This document shows positions 10,102 through 21,036 of a DNA stretch of 64,000 nt, piece by piece; position 1 is the stretch's first letter; each line of letters starts with the position of its first letter. The DNA comes from Planctomycetaceae bacterium (GTDB taxonomy: Bacteria > Planctomycetota > Planctomycetia > Planctomycetales > Planctomycetaceae). Below the pieces are notes generated by a model that saw only the letters and a list, made by a program, of their open reading frames with translations, did no database searches and was not told the origin of the DNA. A program made the translations under genes and the position numbers. The stretch lies in assembly GCA_014762625.1 (NCBI GenBank), contig JABURQ010000208.1, positions 309 through 64,308 of the forward strand, read 5' to 3'.

Positions 10102-11430
10102 TTAGCGGAGTTGATCTTCATTCTCACTCAGGAAAGGCTGAATGAACGGCTTGGGAAGTTGTTTCCGGGTGGCGACTAGAATCTCCCGAATCGCTCGACA
10201 ATCATCGGTGCTGAGGTGATCCCACTTTTCATCGGTCTCCTTCTCGGAAAGAACCGCGTTCATGCGTTGCCCGAGACGGGTCAGGACTGGAGTCGGAAGC
10301 TTTACGAAGGAATCGGTGTAGATGAGATAGCTGCACGGATACTTGAGGAGTCGTGTTTGGAGATCAAGTTGATACAGCGATCGGCCCTGCCTGTCCGTGG
10401 GGCCGCGCGTTGAAAATTCTTCGGCAAAACCACTCGTTCCCGAGATGGGGCTGAGCTGCGGTGCCTCCTCCGAACAGAGCAGATATTCGAGAAGATCCTC
10501 GGTCGCGGACCGAATTCGACGCGTTGTACTCTCCCATTGATGATCGGGATCTTCGCCGAGCTCTTCATTCAATGTCTCTTGATAGTGGAGGGCTTGTCGG
10601 GTGGTGAAATTGGCGCGTGTGATCAGGTTATGGCCTTTGACCTGATGAGCTAAAACCGTGAGAGCAACCAGGTCGCTATGTGGAGTCGGATAATGTTCCG
10701 TGCGAAAAAAGTCATCGAGAGTAGTGACGTTTTGACCTTTCGAGTTATCGACGGGACGTGGAACGCTTCGGTCGCGGATGATCAGGTTCCCGAGATGTTT
10801 CGTTTTCCCGTGAGTACCGGTCACATACCAGCCTCCCCAGCGTTTCTCCCAGGCGGTCGTTTGATCGACAACATAGCTACCGGCGGAGAACATCGGTTGT
10901 CCGCCCGCGTTTACAAACAGCGAACGAATCAGGTGTCCGGGGACATTGTCGGTGCGGGAAGAAGAGTGACAGATGAGACAGTTATCGGTCTGACGAACAA
11001 ATTGGGGATGATCGGTTTCGGATTGTTCCAGCGTGTAGAAGACTGTCCCCAATTCCGGATCAGCGACCGAAATTTCCATCACGTCGCCAAGCTGACAGTA
11101 GCCGACGTATAACTCGTCATTGAAGAAGATGGCGCGCGGAGTCCGCGGGCGAATTCGGGCAATTTGAAGGCTTGTTTTCGAATAAACAAGTGATTGAGAC
11201 TTGGGAGAAATTTCCAGTGTTTTCAGCAGCGAGTCCAAATAGCCTCTTTCCGGATGATAATCAAGTTTGACTTCACCGGCAGTGAGACGATTCTGGAGTT
11301 CCGTGACGGCGTTGTTCGGTGTCGCCTTGCTGTAATGAATGGGAGCTCGCTCGAAGTCGTCGGCGTCGAGCGTGGCGAGACTCATCAAAAAAATGATCGG
11401 GACGAATAATGTCAGGCAGGTCAGATGCAT
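10102..11430 (-). CDS. Secreted protein with a single CxxCH haem-c motif, function unknown
   Basis: Start chosen at MHLTCLTLFVPIIFLMSLATLDA, which looks like a signal peptide. There is one CLICH motif and no other recognisable domain. Confidence 0.5.
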   Translation of the reverse strand: MHLTCLTLFVPIIFLMSLATLDADDFERAPIHYSKATPNNAVTELQNRLTAGEVKLDYHPERGYLDSLLKTLEISPKSQSLVYSKTSLQIARIRPRTPRAIFFNDELYVGYCQLGDVMEISVADPELGTVFYTLEQSETDHPQFVRQTDNCLICHSSSRTDNVPGHLIRSLFVNAGGQPMFSAGSYVVDQTTAWEKRWGGWYVTGTHGKTKHLGNLIIRDRSVPRPVDNSKGQNVTTLDDFFRTEHYPTPHSDLVALTVLAHQVKGHNLITRANFTTRQALHYQETLNEELGEDPDHQWESTTRRIRSATEDLLEYLLCSEEAPQLSPISGTSGFAEEFSTRGPTDRQGRSLYQLDLQTRLLKYPCSYLIYTDSFVKLPTPVLTRLGQRMNAVLSEKETDEKWDHLSTDDCRAIREILVATRKQLPKPFIQPFLSENEDQLR

Positions 11431-11790
11431 GGGAGATCCCTTCGGGAAAGAGACCGGGACGATATTTAAAACTATCATATCATTCTCATAAGTGGACATC
11501 AAGGTCCAGTATTGAGGTGGAGGCTATTCTGGATGTATTCAAAATACGACATTGGGGGGAATTGGCATCACTGGAGGCAGCTCTATGGTTGTAAAAGAAC
11601 TCATTGGATAGGGTGTTTCCTGTCGATTCGTCTCGGGGGATTCCTGAATCGCTAGGAATTGTGAAATAAATACTTGCCCAATTTAACAGATGACATAGCT
11701 TCTAGCGCGACCCGTCTCCAGGATCTTGCCTACTCCGGCAGAATCGATGTGCGATATCCATCCTTCGACAAATCGATTCGGGAGTTTTCC

Positions 11791-13263
11791 ATGTGCAAGA
11801 GAATATCTGCACGAGTTGTGATGACATTAATCATCAGTGGGTTGTTGTTCGTTGCTGAGACATCGCACGCTGCGTCAATCGGCTTGGTCGCCGACAATGC
11901 TTATAAAGGCGTCACTGTCTTTGATGCCGACTCGAATGAGATTCTTGGCTCAGTCCCGATTCCGAGGGAGTCACCCTACCCGGGAATCACTGGCGATTGT
12001 GTCGTCGCTCCCGATCAGCAATATGGATACGTGAGTGACTTTCAGTTTCGGGTCTGGGTGATCGATCTGCAGGCGAATCCTCCCCAGATGGCCTCGGGAA
12101 TCAATCCCATTCCGATCGGCAACAATGCCGAAGACTTGGTGATGTCACCCGATGGAAAGTTTCTCATTGCTTGCGACGGCGGGTATGACCAGCCGGTGGT
12201 TCTGGTTGATGTCAGTAGTCGCGAACAGATCAGTCAATACGATCTAGGAGGAAGCTGTAACGCCGTCGATATCTGTCCCGATGGTTCGATCCTGGCGGCA
12301 TCGGCTGAATTGGGCCAAATACATCGTCTCGAAATTGATGAATCGGGATTTGTTCCTACTTTGGTTCACAGCGGTTATATCCTCAATTACGGGGCGAATA
12401 ACGTCTATTGCTCTCCTGATGGACAATTCGGTGTCGCTGTTCGAGTGAGCGGTGAAGTGATCACATTTTCTACTGCAGACATGCTCCCCATCGACGCGGC
12501 CTACGTGGTTGGAGAGGCCGGCATGTCCGGTCAGATCAGTCGGGACGGGACCAAAGTCTTCGTTCGTTCGGTCAATTTAGGGAATCTGACCGGCTATGTG
12601 ACAGTTTACGACCTCGATCTCACGACAGGATTGTTAAGCAATGAGCCTTCTTTGATCTTTCCCGTTGGTGGAGCTCCTCCTAACGTTTCGTCAGGAAATA
12701 TCTATGTATATTTCGGCATCGATCAACTCGCATTGAATACCGATGAGTCGTTGGTTTACATTCCCGAGCGGGATCGAATCTCAATTTATGATGCGTCAAC
12801 CGGAAATTCTGTCGATGAAATCGGGAACGATTATCTTTACATTCACACCGCCACCGGGATCAGCATCCAGGGACAGGCGCCGGCTCAAGTGGATATTATT
12901 GACGTTCTGGTTGATGTGAAGCCGGGATCGGACACGAATTCTGTTAACTTACGTGGAAAAGGGCGGCTTTCGCTCTCCATTTTCGGTTCCGAGTTATTCG
13001 GGGTCTCGCAGGTAGACTCCACCTCGATTCGTGTCGGTGATCCATTCCTGTCTGCCGGTGTCGGGATCGTCAAAATGTCGTTGGAAGACGTGAATGGTGA
13101 TGGTATTGAAGATTTGCTGATGATGGTTGATCTTGGAGAAATGGTGGAGAGTCATGCTCTCGATTCAGCGTCAACGATGATTCTCGTAACAGGAATCACA
13201 ACAGACGATATCCCGATTCTGGGAGGTGACGTCGTGCGTATCGTCGGGAAACCTCCCAAATAG
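11791..13263 (+). CDS. Secreted beta-propeller repeat protein (YncE/lactonase-like) with a C-terminal Ca-binding-like beta-sandwich
   Basis: ATG at 11791 after GGGAG, with signal peptide MCKRISARVVMTLIISGLLFVAETSHA. The body has repetitive blade-like segments, and the C-terminus carries DVNGDGIEDL. Confidence 0.55.
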   Translation: MCKRISARVVMTLIISGLLFVAETSHAASIGLVADNAYKGVTVFDADSNEILGSVPIPRESPYPGITGDCVVAPDQQYGYVSDFQFRVWVIDLQANPPQMASGINPIPIGNNAEDLVMSPDGKFLIACDGGYDQPVVLVDVSSREQISQYDLGGSCNAVDICPDGSILAASAELGQIHRLEIDESGFVPTLVHSGYILNYGANNVYCSPDGQFGVAVRVSGEVITFSTADMLPIDAAYVVGEAGMSGQISRDGTKVFVRSVNLGNLTGYVTVYDLDLTTGLLSNEPSLIFPVGGAPPNVSSGNIYVYFGIDQLALNTDESLVYIPERDRISIYDASTGNSVDEIGNDYLYIHTATGISIQGQAPAQVDIIDVLVDVKPGSDTNSVNLRGKGRLSLSIFGSELFGVSQVDSTSIRVGDPFLSAGVGIVKMSLEDVNGDGIEDLLMMVDLGEMVESHALDSASTMILVTGITTDDIPILGGDVVRIVGKPPK

Positions 13264-13428
13264 GATTCTCTCAATGCTACAGGTTCTTCGGCTTCGTGCT
13301 TACCTGTCCCCCGGTTGTTTGTTCCATCAACTGGGTTTTTTGTGGTACTCAGTTTTGCGACACTGCGGTAGAGCCGATATGGTGAGAGTGGGTCGATGAA
13401 ACTCACACTTCTCTAAAAAGTCGCTCTC

Positions 13429-14958
13429 ATGAAATATTTGCTCTCGCTCTGGACCTGTCTTGTTCTGACTTCGTTCGTGTCGGCTGCGGAACGTCCCAAC
13501 ATCGTGATTGTCATGGCGGACGATATGGGCTATTCGGACCTTGGTTGCTACGGCAGCGAAATCGAAACGCCGAATCTGGATCGACTGGCGGCGAATGGAT
13601 TGCGATTCACGCAATTTTATAACACCTCCCGTTGTTGCCCGACGCGCGCGGCTCTATTGACGGGAGTGTATCAGCACCAGGCGGGGATCGGCCACATGAC
13701 GGGCAATAAAGGTGTGCCCAGTTATCAAGGATATTTGAATGACCGGTGCTTGACGATCGCGGAAGCTTTGAAGCCCGCCGGGTATCGAACATTGACGACG
13801 GGGAAATGGCACGTCGGATCGAAACCCGGACATTGGCCCTTGGATCGCGGTTTCGATCGTTATTTCGGAACCCCTTCGGGGGGAGGCGTCTACTTCAAGA
13901 AGTCCCTCGAAATTCGGAAGAATGTTTTTTTTACGCTGGGTAATGAAAGGATCGAAACGCCCGAGGATCTCTATGTGACAGAAACGTTCACCGATTATGC
14001 GATTCAGTTTGTAGAAGAAGCCGTGAAGGAGGAGCAACCATTCTTTCTGTATCTCGCGCATATTGCGCCTCATTGGCCGTTGCAGGCGCGTCCGGAAGAA
14101 ATTGCCAAGTACAAAGGGCGTTACGATGTGGGATGGGATGTAATTAGGCAGCAACGCTACGAGAAACAAAAGAAGTTGGGAATCGTTCCCGAGAAATGGA
14201 AGCTATCCCCGCGCGATCCCGATGCCGTCGCCTGGAATTCTCTGACTGTTGCAAAGAAACAGGACCTTTCTCATCGAATGAGTGTTTACGCGGCCCAGAT
14301 AGATACGATCGACAGAAATGTTGGACGACTCGTGGAAGCTTTGCAGAAGAACCACATTTTGGACAATACGTTGTTGATGTTTCTGTCTGATAACGGCTGC
14401 TCGGCGGAAGGAGGGCCGGGAGGGTTCAGTCGCGGACGGGAGGGTGAACCAATTGGCTCTCCATTGTCTTATGCGTCGGTTGGTCTGGAATGGGCCAATG
14501 TCAACGACACTCCCTATCGGCAATACAAAATGAACACGCATGAAGGAGGAATTGCCTCGCCGCTGATTGTCCATTGGCCAAACGGTCTGGATCGTCAGGG
14601 AGAGCTTGAGTGGCAAGTCGGCCATGTGATGGATTTGATGCCGACTTGTCTGGATGTCGCCGGGGCTCAGTACCCCGACACGTATGGAGGAAAAAAGACA
14701 ATCCCACTCGCGGGTGAGAGCTTGATCCCTGCCATGAGAGGGAAACCAGATAAAGCTCGGACATTGTTCTGGGAGCATGAGGGGAACCGGTCCATTCGGG
14801 AAGGAGACTGGAAGCTGGTCTCGAATCGTCGGGGAAACTGGGAACTGTATCACCTGAGAGAAGACCGAACGGAATTAAACGATCTCGCTGTCAAACATCC
14901 CTCTCGCGCGGAAGAACTGCAAAAAAATGGAAGAACTGGGCTGACTCTGTGGGGGTGA
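13429..14958 (+). CDS. Arylsulfatase (formylglycine-dependent sulfatase family); 3' end apparently frameshifted
   Basis: Signal peptide, then PNIVIVMADDMGYSDLGCYG and the CCPTRAALLTG (C-x-P-x-R) active-site motif. The conserved C-terminal tail continues in another frame to 14993 (see the finding at 14911-14993). Confidence 0.85.
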   Translation: MKYLLSLWTCLVLTSFVSAAERPNIVIVMADDMGYSDLGCYGSEIETPNLDRLAANGLRFTQFYNTSRCCPTRAALLTGVYQHQAGIGHMTGNKGVPSYQGYLNDRCLTIAEALKPAGYRTLTTGKWHVGSKPGHWPLDRGFDRYFGTPSGGGVYFKKSLEIRKNVFFTLGNERIETPEDLYVTETFTDYAIQFVEEAVKEEQPFFLYLAHIAPHWPLQARPEEIAKYKGRYDVGWDVIRQQRYEKQKKLGIVPEKWKLSPRDPDAVAWNSLTVAKKQDLSHRMSVYAAQIDTIDRNVGRLVEALQKNHILDNTLLMFLSDNGCSAEGGPGGFSRGREGEPIGSPLSYASVGLEWANVNDTPYRQYKMNTHEGGIASPLIVHWPNGLDRQGELEWQVGHVMDLMPTCLDVAGAQYPDTYGGKKTIPLAGESLIPAMRGKPDKARTLFWEHEGNRSIREGDWKLVSNRRGNWELYHLREDRTELNDLAVKHPSRAEELQKNGRTGLTLWG

Positions 14959-15206
14959 TGTCGTGGCCGATTCAAAAGCTTCGGGCTAAATGAACGACGA
15001 CATACTGAGACTGTGGAGTTTGATTGGGACCATCACCCACTTCACAATCGTCACAACCCGAATGACTGGCAAGACTGACATAAAAATGGCGACTGAACTT
15101 TGATGCCCTTAGCTAGGGCGAACGGCGGCGGATTTCAAGGACGATAAAACGGGTAGGAGGAAATCTCACCTGTTCGGAAGTCTCGAAACTCCGTGAAGAG
15201 CGTCCC

Positions 15207-16316
15207 ATGAAAAAACTTTCCCTATCTCTATTGGCCTGTATTTGTTTATCGAGCGTTCTGGTGGGATGCTCGGCCGGATGGTCGTTATCGAATGTTCAAA
15301 AACGGTTCAGCGACGGCGGAAAGGCTCGTACTGCAACGGTATCGATTGAAGAGCTTCAAGACAGGGCGATGCAGCTCGAACAGATACAAGAGTACGAAAT
15401 GGCGGAAGAGTTGTACGCAGAAATTCTGAAGCAGGATCACGACAATCAAATGGCTCAGAAGCGACTGACTGCAGTACAACATCTCAAGCGTGGCATGTCG
15501 CCGGAACCGGTCCAGCGACCGATCCGTGAAGTGATGAAACCCGAGCAGAAGCCGTATCAGTCGACGACCATACCTCTCGCAGAGTTGCCCCGTATTATTC
15601 CGGAAAAAGAAGAGCAGACGGTTGCAGTGCCTGACTTTCAGGAGCCTGCCGTAGCTGTGATAAACGAGGAAAGTACTATCAGCCAGAGTCCAATCAACGA
15701 ATCTGACGAACTCCCTGAATGGATTGTGAGACCTGACGCTGAAGTAGAGCTCAAGGACCAACATAAGTTGGTTCAGTCTGATGTTGACTCACCGTCCCCA
15801 AACGCCGCCATGATTGAAAAATATCCTAGGAATAATGAGGTGGGAACGGAGTCGCATTTCACTCATGAAGTCGGCACATCTCATATTGCAAATTCTCAAT
15901 TTCCTGACAACTCTTTAGAAGAAAATGAGGGGGCCGGAGTAATCACTCTCACAAGTGGACATGCTCGTTCTCTCAGTGAATTGCAATCGTTTCTTACTCA
16001 GAATCCAGGTGATCAGCGGGCAATTGACGAATTGATCGATTCTGTAGCGAACGCGAATCGCGAAGAATTATGGTTAATTTCCAGCCTGCTGGATGTTCTT
16101 ATGAGGCAATCGGAATCGCGTGGGCTGATCCTGTCGCGACTCTCGGCTGATCTTAAATCAGATAATCCGCTGGTCCGTGAGAGAGCGATCATTATTGCTG
16201 GAGGTTTCGGGAGTCAAGCGAAGGAACTGGAACCGCTTCTGCGTGACAGTCTGGAAGACAAATCCGATCAAGTGAGACAAGCGGCACAATTAGCGATCCG
16301 CCAGATGTGGCTTTAA
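15207..16316 (+). CDS. Lipoprotein with TPR-like N-terminal region and HEAT-like C-terminal repeats
   Basis: Lipobox LVGC follows a signal sequence. The C-terminus (NPLVRERAIIIAGG...DKSDQVRQAAQLAIRQM) is HEAT-like. Function unknown. Confidence 0.5.
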   Translation: MKKLSLSLLACICLSSVLVGCSAGWSLSNVQKRFSDGGKARTATVSIEELQDRAMQLEQIQEYEMAEELYAEILKQDHDNQMAQKRLTAVQHLKRGMSPEPVQRPIREVMKPEQKPYQSTTIPLAELPRIIPEKEEQTVAVPDFQEPAVAVINEESTISQSPINESDELPEWIVRPDAEVELKDQHKLVQSDVDSPSPNAAMIEKYPRNNEVGTESHFTHEVGTSHIANSQFPDNSLEENEGAGVITLTSGHARSLSELQSFLTQNPGDQRAIDELIDSVANANREELWLISSLLDVLMRQSESRGLILSRLSADLKSDNPLVRERAIIIAGGFGSQAKELEPLLRDSLEDKSDQVRQAAQLAIRQMWL

Positions 16317-16392
16317 GCTCGTCATCAAAGCCGACGGGAAAGATGATGCTGTGTGCCGTTGAATGTAATGTCTCTAAACGGCCTGAGGAAAG

Positions 16393-16465
16393 TATCCCCG
16401 GCAGGATTCGAACCTGCAGCCTTTGGCTCCGGAAACCAACGCTCTATCCATTGAGCTACGGGGAC
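16393..16465 (-). tRNA. tRNA-Arg (anticodon CCG)
   Basis: A 73-nt cloverleaf folded by hand: acceptor GTCCCCG/CGGGGAT, D arm GCTC-AATGGATA-GAGC, anticodon arm TTGGT-TTCCGGA-GCCAA, T arm GCAGG-TTCGAAT-CCTGC. Confidence 0.9.
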
Positions 16466-16631
16466 AGGATGCTTTGTCTGCGTCGACAATCAGGCATCTC
16501 GTTGTCTCAGATACAATCTGATGCCCGATAGCATACTGAAATTGATTCGTCAGTTTCAATCAAGATTGGTAGTCGCGGACGAGTCATTTAATTCAATCTT
16601 CTTGACATGATCTCACAACCCCGAAAATGTG

Positions 16632-17339
16632 CTAGACATTGGCTTTGGCGTCAGAGACAGGACGAAAACGATAACCAATGCCTCGTACGGTTTCGATCAG
16701 CCCGGAGTCATTCCCCAATTTTTGCCGGAGCGCTCGAATGTGAACGTCTATCGTTCGTTCCAGTGCATTGGCGTCCTCACCTCGGGATGTGTCCATCAGT
16801 TCGTGACGAGAGAAAGGTCGCCCCGGTTGTCTCACGAATGTCCAGAGGAGTCGAAACTCGGTGGGGGTTAGCAGAAGTTCTTCATCTCGGCACCGGGCGA
16901 CATGATTGACACGATCCACTTCAACGCTGTGGGCTGCAATAATTTCATGCTCGGAGTCGGCATCTTTTCCTCTGCGGAGTAAGGCTTTGATGCGATGCAC
17001 GAGAGGTTTGACCTTGAAAGGTTTGGTGACGTAATCATCCGCTCCCATGTTAAAACCGACAATTTCGTCAACATCTTCGCTGCGGGCTGTCAGCATCAGA
17101 ACACGAATATTCTGTGTTCGAGAATCGCTCCTGATCTGCCGACAGACCTCCAGTCCATCCATAATGGGGAGCATCAGATCAAGCACGATCAAGTCCGGTT
17201 GGTTTAATTGGGCTCTCTGCAGACCTTCTTTGCCGTCACTAGCCGAGATGACTTCGTAGCCCTCTTTGGATAAGTTGTAGGTGAGGACTTCGATGAGATC
17301 CCGTTCGTCTTCTACAATCAGAATTTTTTGTTTGGCCAT
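16632..17339 (-). CDS. phoB: OmpR/PhoB-family response regulator (probable PhoB)
   Basis: Receiver domain (ILIVEDE...DLIVLDLMLP) plus a winged-helix C-terminus (VRGIGYRF). It lies directly downstream of pstSCAB-phoU. Confidence 0.75.
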   Translation of the reverse strand: MAKQKILIVEDERDLIEVLTYNLSKEGYEVISASDGKEGLQRAQLNQPDLIVLDLMLPIMDGLEVCRQIRSDSRTQNIRVLMLTARSEDVDEIVGFNMGADDYVTKPFKVKPLVHRIKALLRRGKDADSEHEIIAAHSVEVDRVNHVARCRDEELLLTPTEFRLLWTFVRQPGRPFSRHELMDTSRGEDANALERTIDVHIRALRQKLGNDSGLIETVRGIGYRFRPVSDAKANV

Positions 17340-17384
17340 GAGTAATAAGTCCTGTGACAAAATCTGAGAGTGCGTCAGACAAAG

Positions 17385-18056
17385 TTAAGTGGTGGATTTG
17401 AGATTCATACGGTGGCGGATGATCTCACCCTCAACGAGGTACACGACATCCTCCGCGATATTCGTGGCGTGATCGGCGATCCGTTCGATATGCCGAGATG
17501 ACGAAAAGAGATGGAGACCCGCTTCGACCTGGCTAGAGGTTTGTTTCATCAAGTTCGTCAAATCGTCGATAATTCCGCGATTCATCTCGTCGATGGAGGT
17601 GTCTTCCTCGATGACACGTTGGGCGAGTTGGCTATCCAGTTCGACGTACGAATCAATGCTTTGATGTAGCATTTCCAGAGATCGCTTTGCCATTTCCTGA
17701 AGTCGAGGGGGGACCGCCATGCTCTCGATATTCATCAAACTGCAAGCACGCTCGGAGATGTTCACTGCCAGGTCGGCGACTCGCTCCAATTCCCCGGCGA
17801 TTTTCATCACGGTCGTAATACGACGAAGGTCGATGGCGACAGGTTGGTGCAACGCGAGAATCTTCAGGCAGTCTTCCTCGATTTTGACGTCCATACTGTC
17901 AATTTCTTTATCACGCTCGATGAGTTCATTGTTAAGCTCGGATCGTGGTTGAGAGAGTCCCTGGACTGCAATATGTATCATTTCCTCAACATTCGCGCAC
18001 ATTGATAAAATGTCGCGATGGAGATTTTCAAGATCTCGAATCAAATGAATGGACAT
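17385..18056 (-). CDS. phoU: Phosphate signalling complex protein PhoU
   Basis: 223 aa with a duplicated PhoU repeat carrying E(R)xADxxxNI motifs (ELERVADLAVNI and HIERIADHATNI). Confidence 0.9.
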   Translation of the reverse strand: MSIHLIRDLENLHRDILSMCANVEEMIHIAVQGLSQPRSELNNELIERDKEIDSMDVKIEEDCLKILALHQPVAIDLRRITTVMKIAGELERVADLAVNISERACSLMNIESMAVPPRLQEMAKRSLEMLHQSIDSYVELDSQLAQRVIEEDTSIDEMNRGIIDDLTNLMKQTSSQVEAGLHLFSSSRHIERIADHATNIAEDVVYLVEGEIIRHRMNLKSTT

Positions 18057-18095
18057 AGGAAAGTCTCCGGTTAAGCAGCCTCAGAAAAACAGCGA

Positions 18096-19013
18096 TTATC
18101 CGAATCGACCGGTAATGTAGTCCTCTGTTTGCTTCTCGCTTGGGTTGGTAAATAGTTCTTGCGTCTGGCCGACTTCGATGAGACGTCCTTGATAGAAGAA
18201 CGCCGTATACTGGCTGACCCTCGCGGCTTGTTGCATGTTGTGCGTGACAATGACGATCGTATACTGCTTACGGAGTTCGAAGATTAGATCCTCGATCCGG
18301 GCCGTGGAGGCGGGGTCGAGGGCAGAAGCCGGTTCATCCATCAGAATGACTTCCGGATTGGTTGCCAGCGTACGAGCGATACACAAACGCTGCTGTTGTC
18401 CTCCGGAAAGAGCCATGGCAGAGTCGTTCAGTCGATCTTTGACTTCATCCCACAAGGCGGCTTGTTTGAGGGAGACTTCGACAATATCTTTCAATTTCTT
18501 TCGGCTGGTCGTACCCGCAATTCGAGGGCCGAAGGCAATATTGTCAAAAATTGATTTCGGAAATGGGGTCGATTTTTGAAAGACCATGCCCACTCTGCTA
18601 CGTAATGCAACGACATCGATTGCCGGGGCGTAGATGTCTTGATCTTCGAGGCGGATCGATCCCTCTAGACGAGTCCCTTCGATGATATCGTTCATCCGGT
18701 TCAAGGTGCGGAGAAAGGTTGATTTTCCGCACCCTGAGGGTCCGATCAAAGCCATGACCGATTTTTCAGGGACCGACAAACTCACATCGAACAGGGCCTG
18801 TACGTCTCCGTAATAAAAGTTGACATGATTGACATCAATCATGGTCCGTGCGTTTTCATCGGTTGGTTGCGCTCTATTGAGATTGCTACCGCTGACTAAT
18901 GACTGTCTTTTTTCAGAAGAGGCGCTGGAAGTTGTCGAGGTGATTTCACCGGTATCAGGCTGTTCCACTGGAGTTCCTGCCGAATCGGGATCAGGTTTCG
19001 ATGGTTCATTCAT
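18096..19013 (-). CDS. pstB: Phosphate ABC transporter ATP-binding protein
   Basis: Walker [10 protein letters not shown], signature LSGGQQQRL, Walker B ILMDEP. It has an extra low-complexity N-terminus of about 50 aa. Confidence 0.9.
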   Translation of the reverse strand: MNEPSKPDPDSAGTPVEQPDTGEITSTTSSASSEKRQSLVSGSNLNRAQPTDENARTMIDVNHVNFYYGDVQALFDVSLSVPEKSVMALIGPSGCGKSTFLRTLNRMNDIIEGTRLEGSIRLEDQDIYAPAIDVVALRSRVGMVFQKSTPFPKSIFDNIAFGPRIAGTTSRKKLKDIVEVSLKQAALWDEVKDRLNDSAMALSGGQQQRLCIARTLATNPEVILMDEPASALDPASTARIEDLIFELRKQYTIVIVTHNMQQAARVSQYTAFFYQGRLIEVGQTQELFTNPSEKQTEDYITGRFG

Positions 19014-19017
19014 GATC

Positions 19018-20025
19018 TCACCACTGAATCTTGTTCTGGAATCTCATGCGAATGTAAACGGCTGTGGCGTTCATGAGAAGCAACACTCCCAGCAGGATGA
19101 CAATTCCCGCCGAAGCGACATACTCCTGAAACTCAATTTTTGCGAACTTCACCCAGTTGTAAATCTGCATCGGCATGCATGTGTATTTGCTGAATGGGAC
19201 TTCAAGGAGACTGGCGGGGTTAGCAATCACATCACCGATCCCCTCGATGCCACCTGGTGTGAAGGTGATGAAAGAGGCGGCTCCAACCATCAGGAGTGGA
19301 GCGGTCTCACCAATCGCCCTGGACAATGACAAAATGACTCCGGTTGCGATACCCGGAATGGCGGCGGGAAGAACCTGACTGCGAACCGTTTGCCACTCCG
19401 TTGCCCCCAAAGCAAGCGAGGCATGCCGGAGGGAAGGTGGTACCGAGCGGAGAGATTCCTGTGAAGAAATAATGACGACCGGCAATATGAGCAAGCTGAG
19501 CGTTAAAGCCCCGGAAATCAAGGTTGTCCCGAAAGGGAGCGGGATTGAGAGTTGGGTGACAAACAGGGAAATGGTGAGCACGGTATCTTCCTCTGCACGA
19601 AACATATCAAACATGCGTACAAAGACCGTGAGGCCCAGAATTCCGTAAACGATTGAAGGAACTCCCGCGAGGTTCGCCAAATTGACTTGAATGAACGTCG
19701 TGAATTTGTTTTTCCTGGCATACTCTTCGAGATACAAAGCAGCTCCTACGCCAATCGGAATCGAGAACAACGCCGTGAGGATGATCAACCAGAACGATCC
19801 CCAAAAAGCCGCGTTAATTCCCGCATCCTCGGGTTTTCGCGAATGATGATTCCGCAGAAAGTCGAGATCGACCCAGCCCCAGGATTTATAAATGACGCTT
19901 AACAGTAATACGGCCAGGATGATCAAAGAGGTCAACACGGCCGTCAGGCAGAACAATTCAAACAGTTTGCTGTTTCGATGTCGTGTGGAAAGTCTGCTGT
20001 CGAATTCGCTCGGAGTCTGATTCAT
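19018..20025 (-). CDS. pstA: Phosphate ABC transporter permease PstA
   Basis: Multi-TM permease with the EAA-type loop ([15 protein letters not shown]). The start MNQTPSEF forms an ATGA overlap with the pstC stop. Confidence 0.85.
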   Translation of the reverse strand: MNQTPSEFDSRLSTRHRNSKLFELFCLTAVLTSLIILAVLLLSVIYKSWGWVDLDFLRNHHSRKPEDAGINAAFWGSFWLIILTALFSIPIGVGAALYLEEYARKNKFTTFIQVNLANLAGVPSIVYGILGLTVFVRMFDMFRAEEDTVLTISLFVTQLSIPLPFGTTLISGALTLSLLILPVVIISSQESLRSVPPSLRHASLALGATEWQTVRSQVLPAAIPGIATGVILSLSRAIGETAPLLMVGAASFITFTPGGIEGIGDVIANPASLLEVPFSKYTCMPMQIYNWVKFAKIEFQEYVASAGIVILLGVLLLMNATAVYIRMRFQNKIQW

Positions 20026-21008
20026 TGATAGACCTCCCGGAACCGTTTCAAGACCCACTGGGAGAGAATGTTCATCGCAAGGGTGGCAAAAAACAAGGTA
20101 ATCGCAACGGCGTAAAGGCTTTTATATTCAATGGAGCCGACTGGTGTGTCTCCGGAACTGACATTCACAATGTAAGCGGTCATCGTTTGAGAAGACTCAA
20201 ACGGATTAAGAGACGTGGTCGTCAACAAACCCGCGGCAATCGTGACGGCCATGGTTTCACCAATCGCTCGCGAGATGGCCAGAAGAAAGGAAGCGATGAT
20301 CCCGGAAAGGGCTGCCGGGAGGACAATTTTTGTTGAGACGTCGAATCTGGTGCCGCCCAATGCAAATCCGGCTTCGCGCAAACTTCGTGGAACCGATCGC
20401 AAAACATCTTCACTCAATGAGGAGACCATAGGGATAATCATAATTCCAACCACGATACCTGCACTGGCGGCGTTGAAAATTTTGACCTCAAATCCGAGCA
20501 GGTCCGAAAAAAACGGTTGGAGCAAATAGGGCGTCACAAAGATGAGGGCGAAATATCCGTAAACGACAGTCGGGATCCCCGCCAGGACTTCCAGTGTCGG
20601 TTTGATAGCATTTCGCATCCGGGGAGATGCATACTCAGAGAGATAAATCGCTCCAGCAAGACCGATGGGAAGTCCGATTAAGGCGGCGATGCCTGTGATT
20701 TTCAACGTACCCAGAGCCAGTGGCAGGATTCCAAAATGACGATCGTTTTTGTACTGCGGGGTCCACTCCGTATCTGTGAGAAAATCACCGATCGAAACTT
20801 CTTGGAAGAATGCAGTGGTCTCGCTGTCGAATGAGTAGACCGCATTCGAAAAGAGAACATACAAAATACCGAGAGTTGTCAGGACGGAGAGAAACGCACA
20901 CGAAAACAACGACAACATAATCAGTTGTTCGCGCGTACGTGCCCACGTCCGCCGAAACTCAAGCGATCGATCCTTCGAAGGTAGAGTGGATTGCTTTGCG
21001 GACGACAA
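20022..21008 (-). CDS. pstC: Phosphate ABC transporter permease PstC
   Basis: 328-aa multi-TM permease with the [13 protein letters not shown] loop, positioned between pstS and pstA. Confidence 0.85.
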   Translation of the reverse strand: MSSAKQSTLPSKDRSLEFRRTWARTREQLIMLSLFSCAFLSVLTTLGILYVLFSNAVYSFDSETTAFFQEVSIGDFLTDTEWTPQYKNDRHFGILPLALGTLKITGIAALIGLPIGLAGAIYLSEYASPRMRNAIKPTLEVLAGIPTVVYGYFALIFVTPYLLQPFFSDLLGFEVKIFNAASAGIVVGIMIIPMVSSLSEDVLRSVPRSLREAGFALGGTRFDVSTKIVLPAALSGIIASFLLAISRAIGETMAVTIAAGLLTTTSLNPFESSQTMTAYIVNVSSGDTPVGSIEYKSLYAVAITLFFATLAMNILSQWVLKRFREVYQ

Positions 21009-21036
21009 GGGATCGCCTTATTCTGAGGAAACAGGA

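Noticed and set aside
16307-16559. ORFs of 74 aa and 61 aa overlapping the tRNA-Arg locus; also the 36392-36619 extension of the 271-aa ORF into tRNA-Gln
   Set aside because: They overlap well-folded tRNA genes and have no coding signal.
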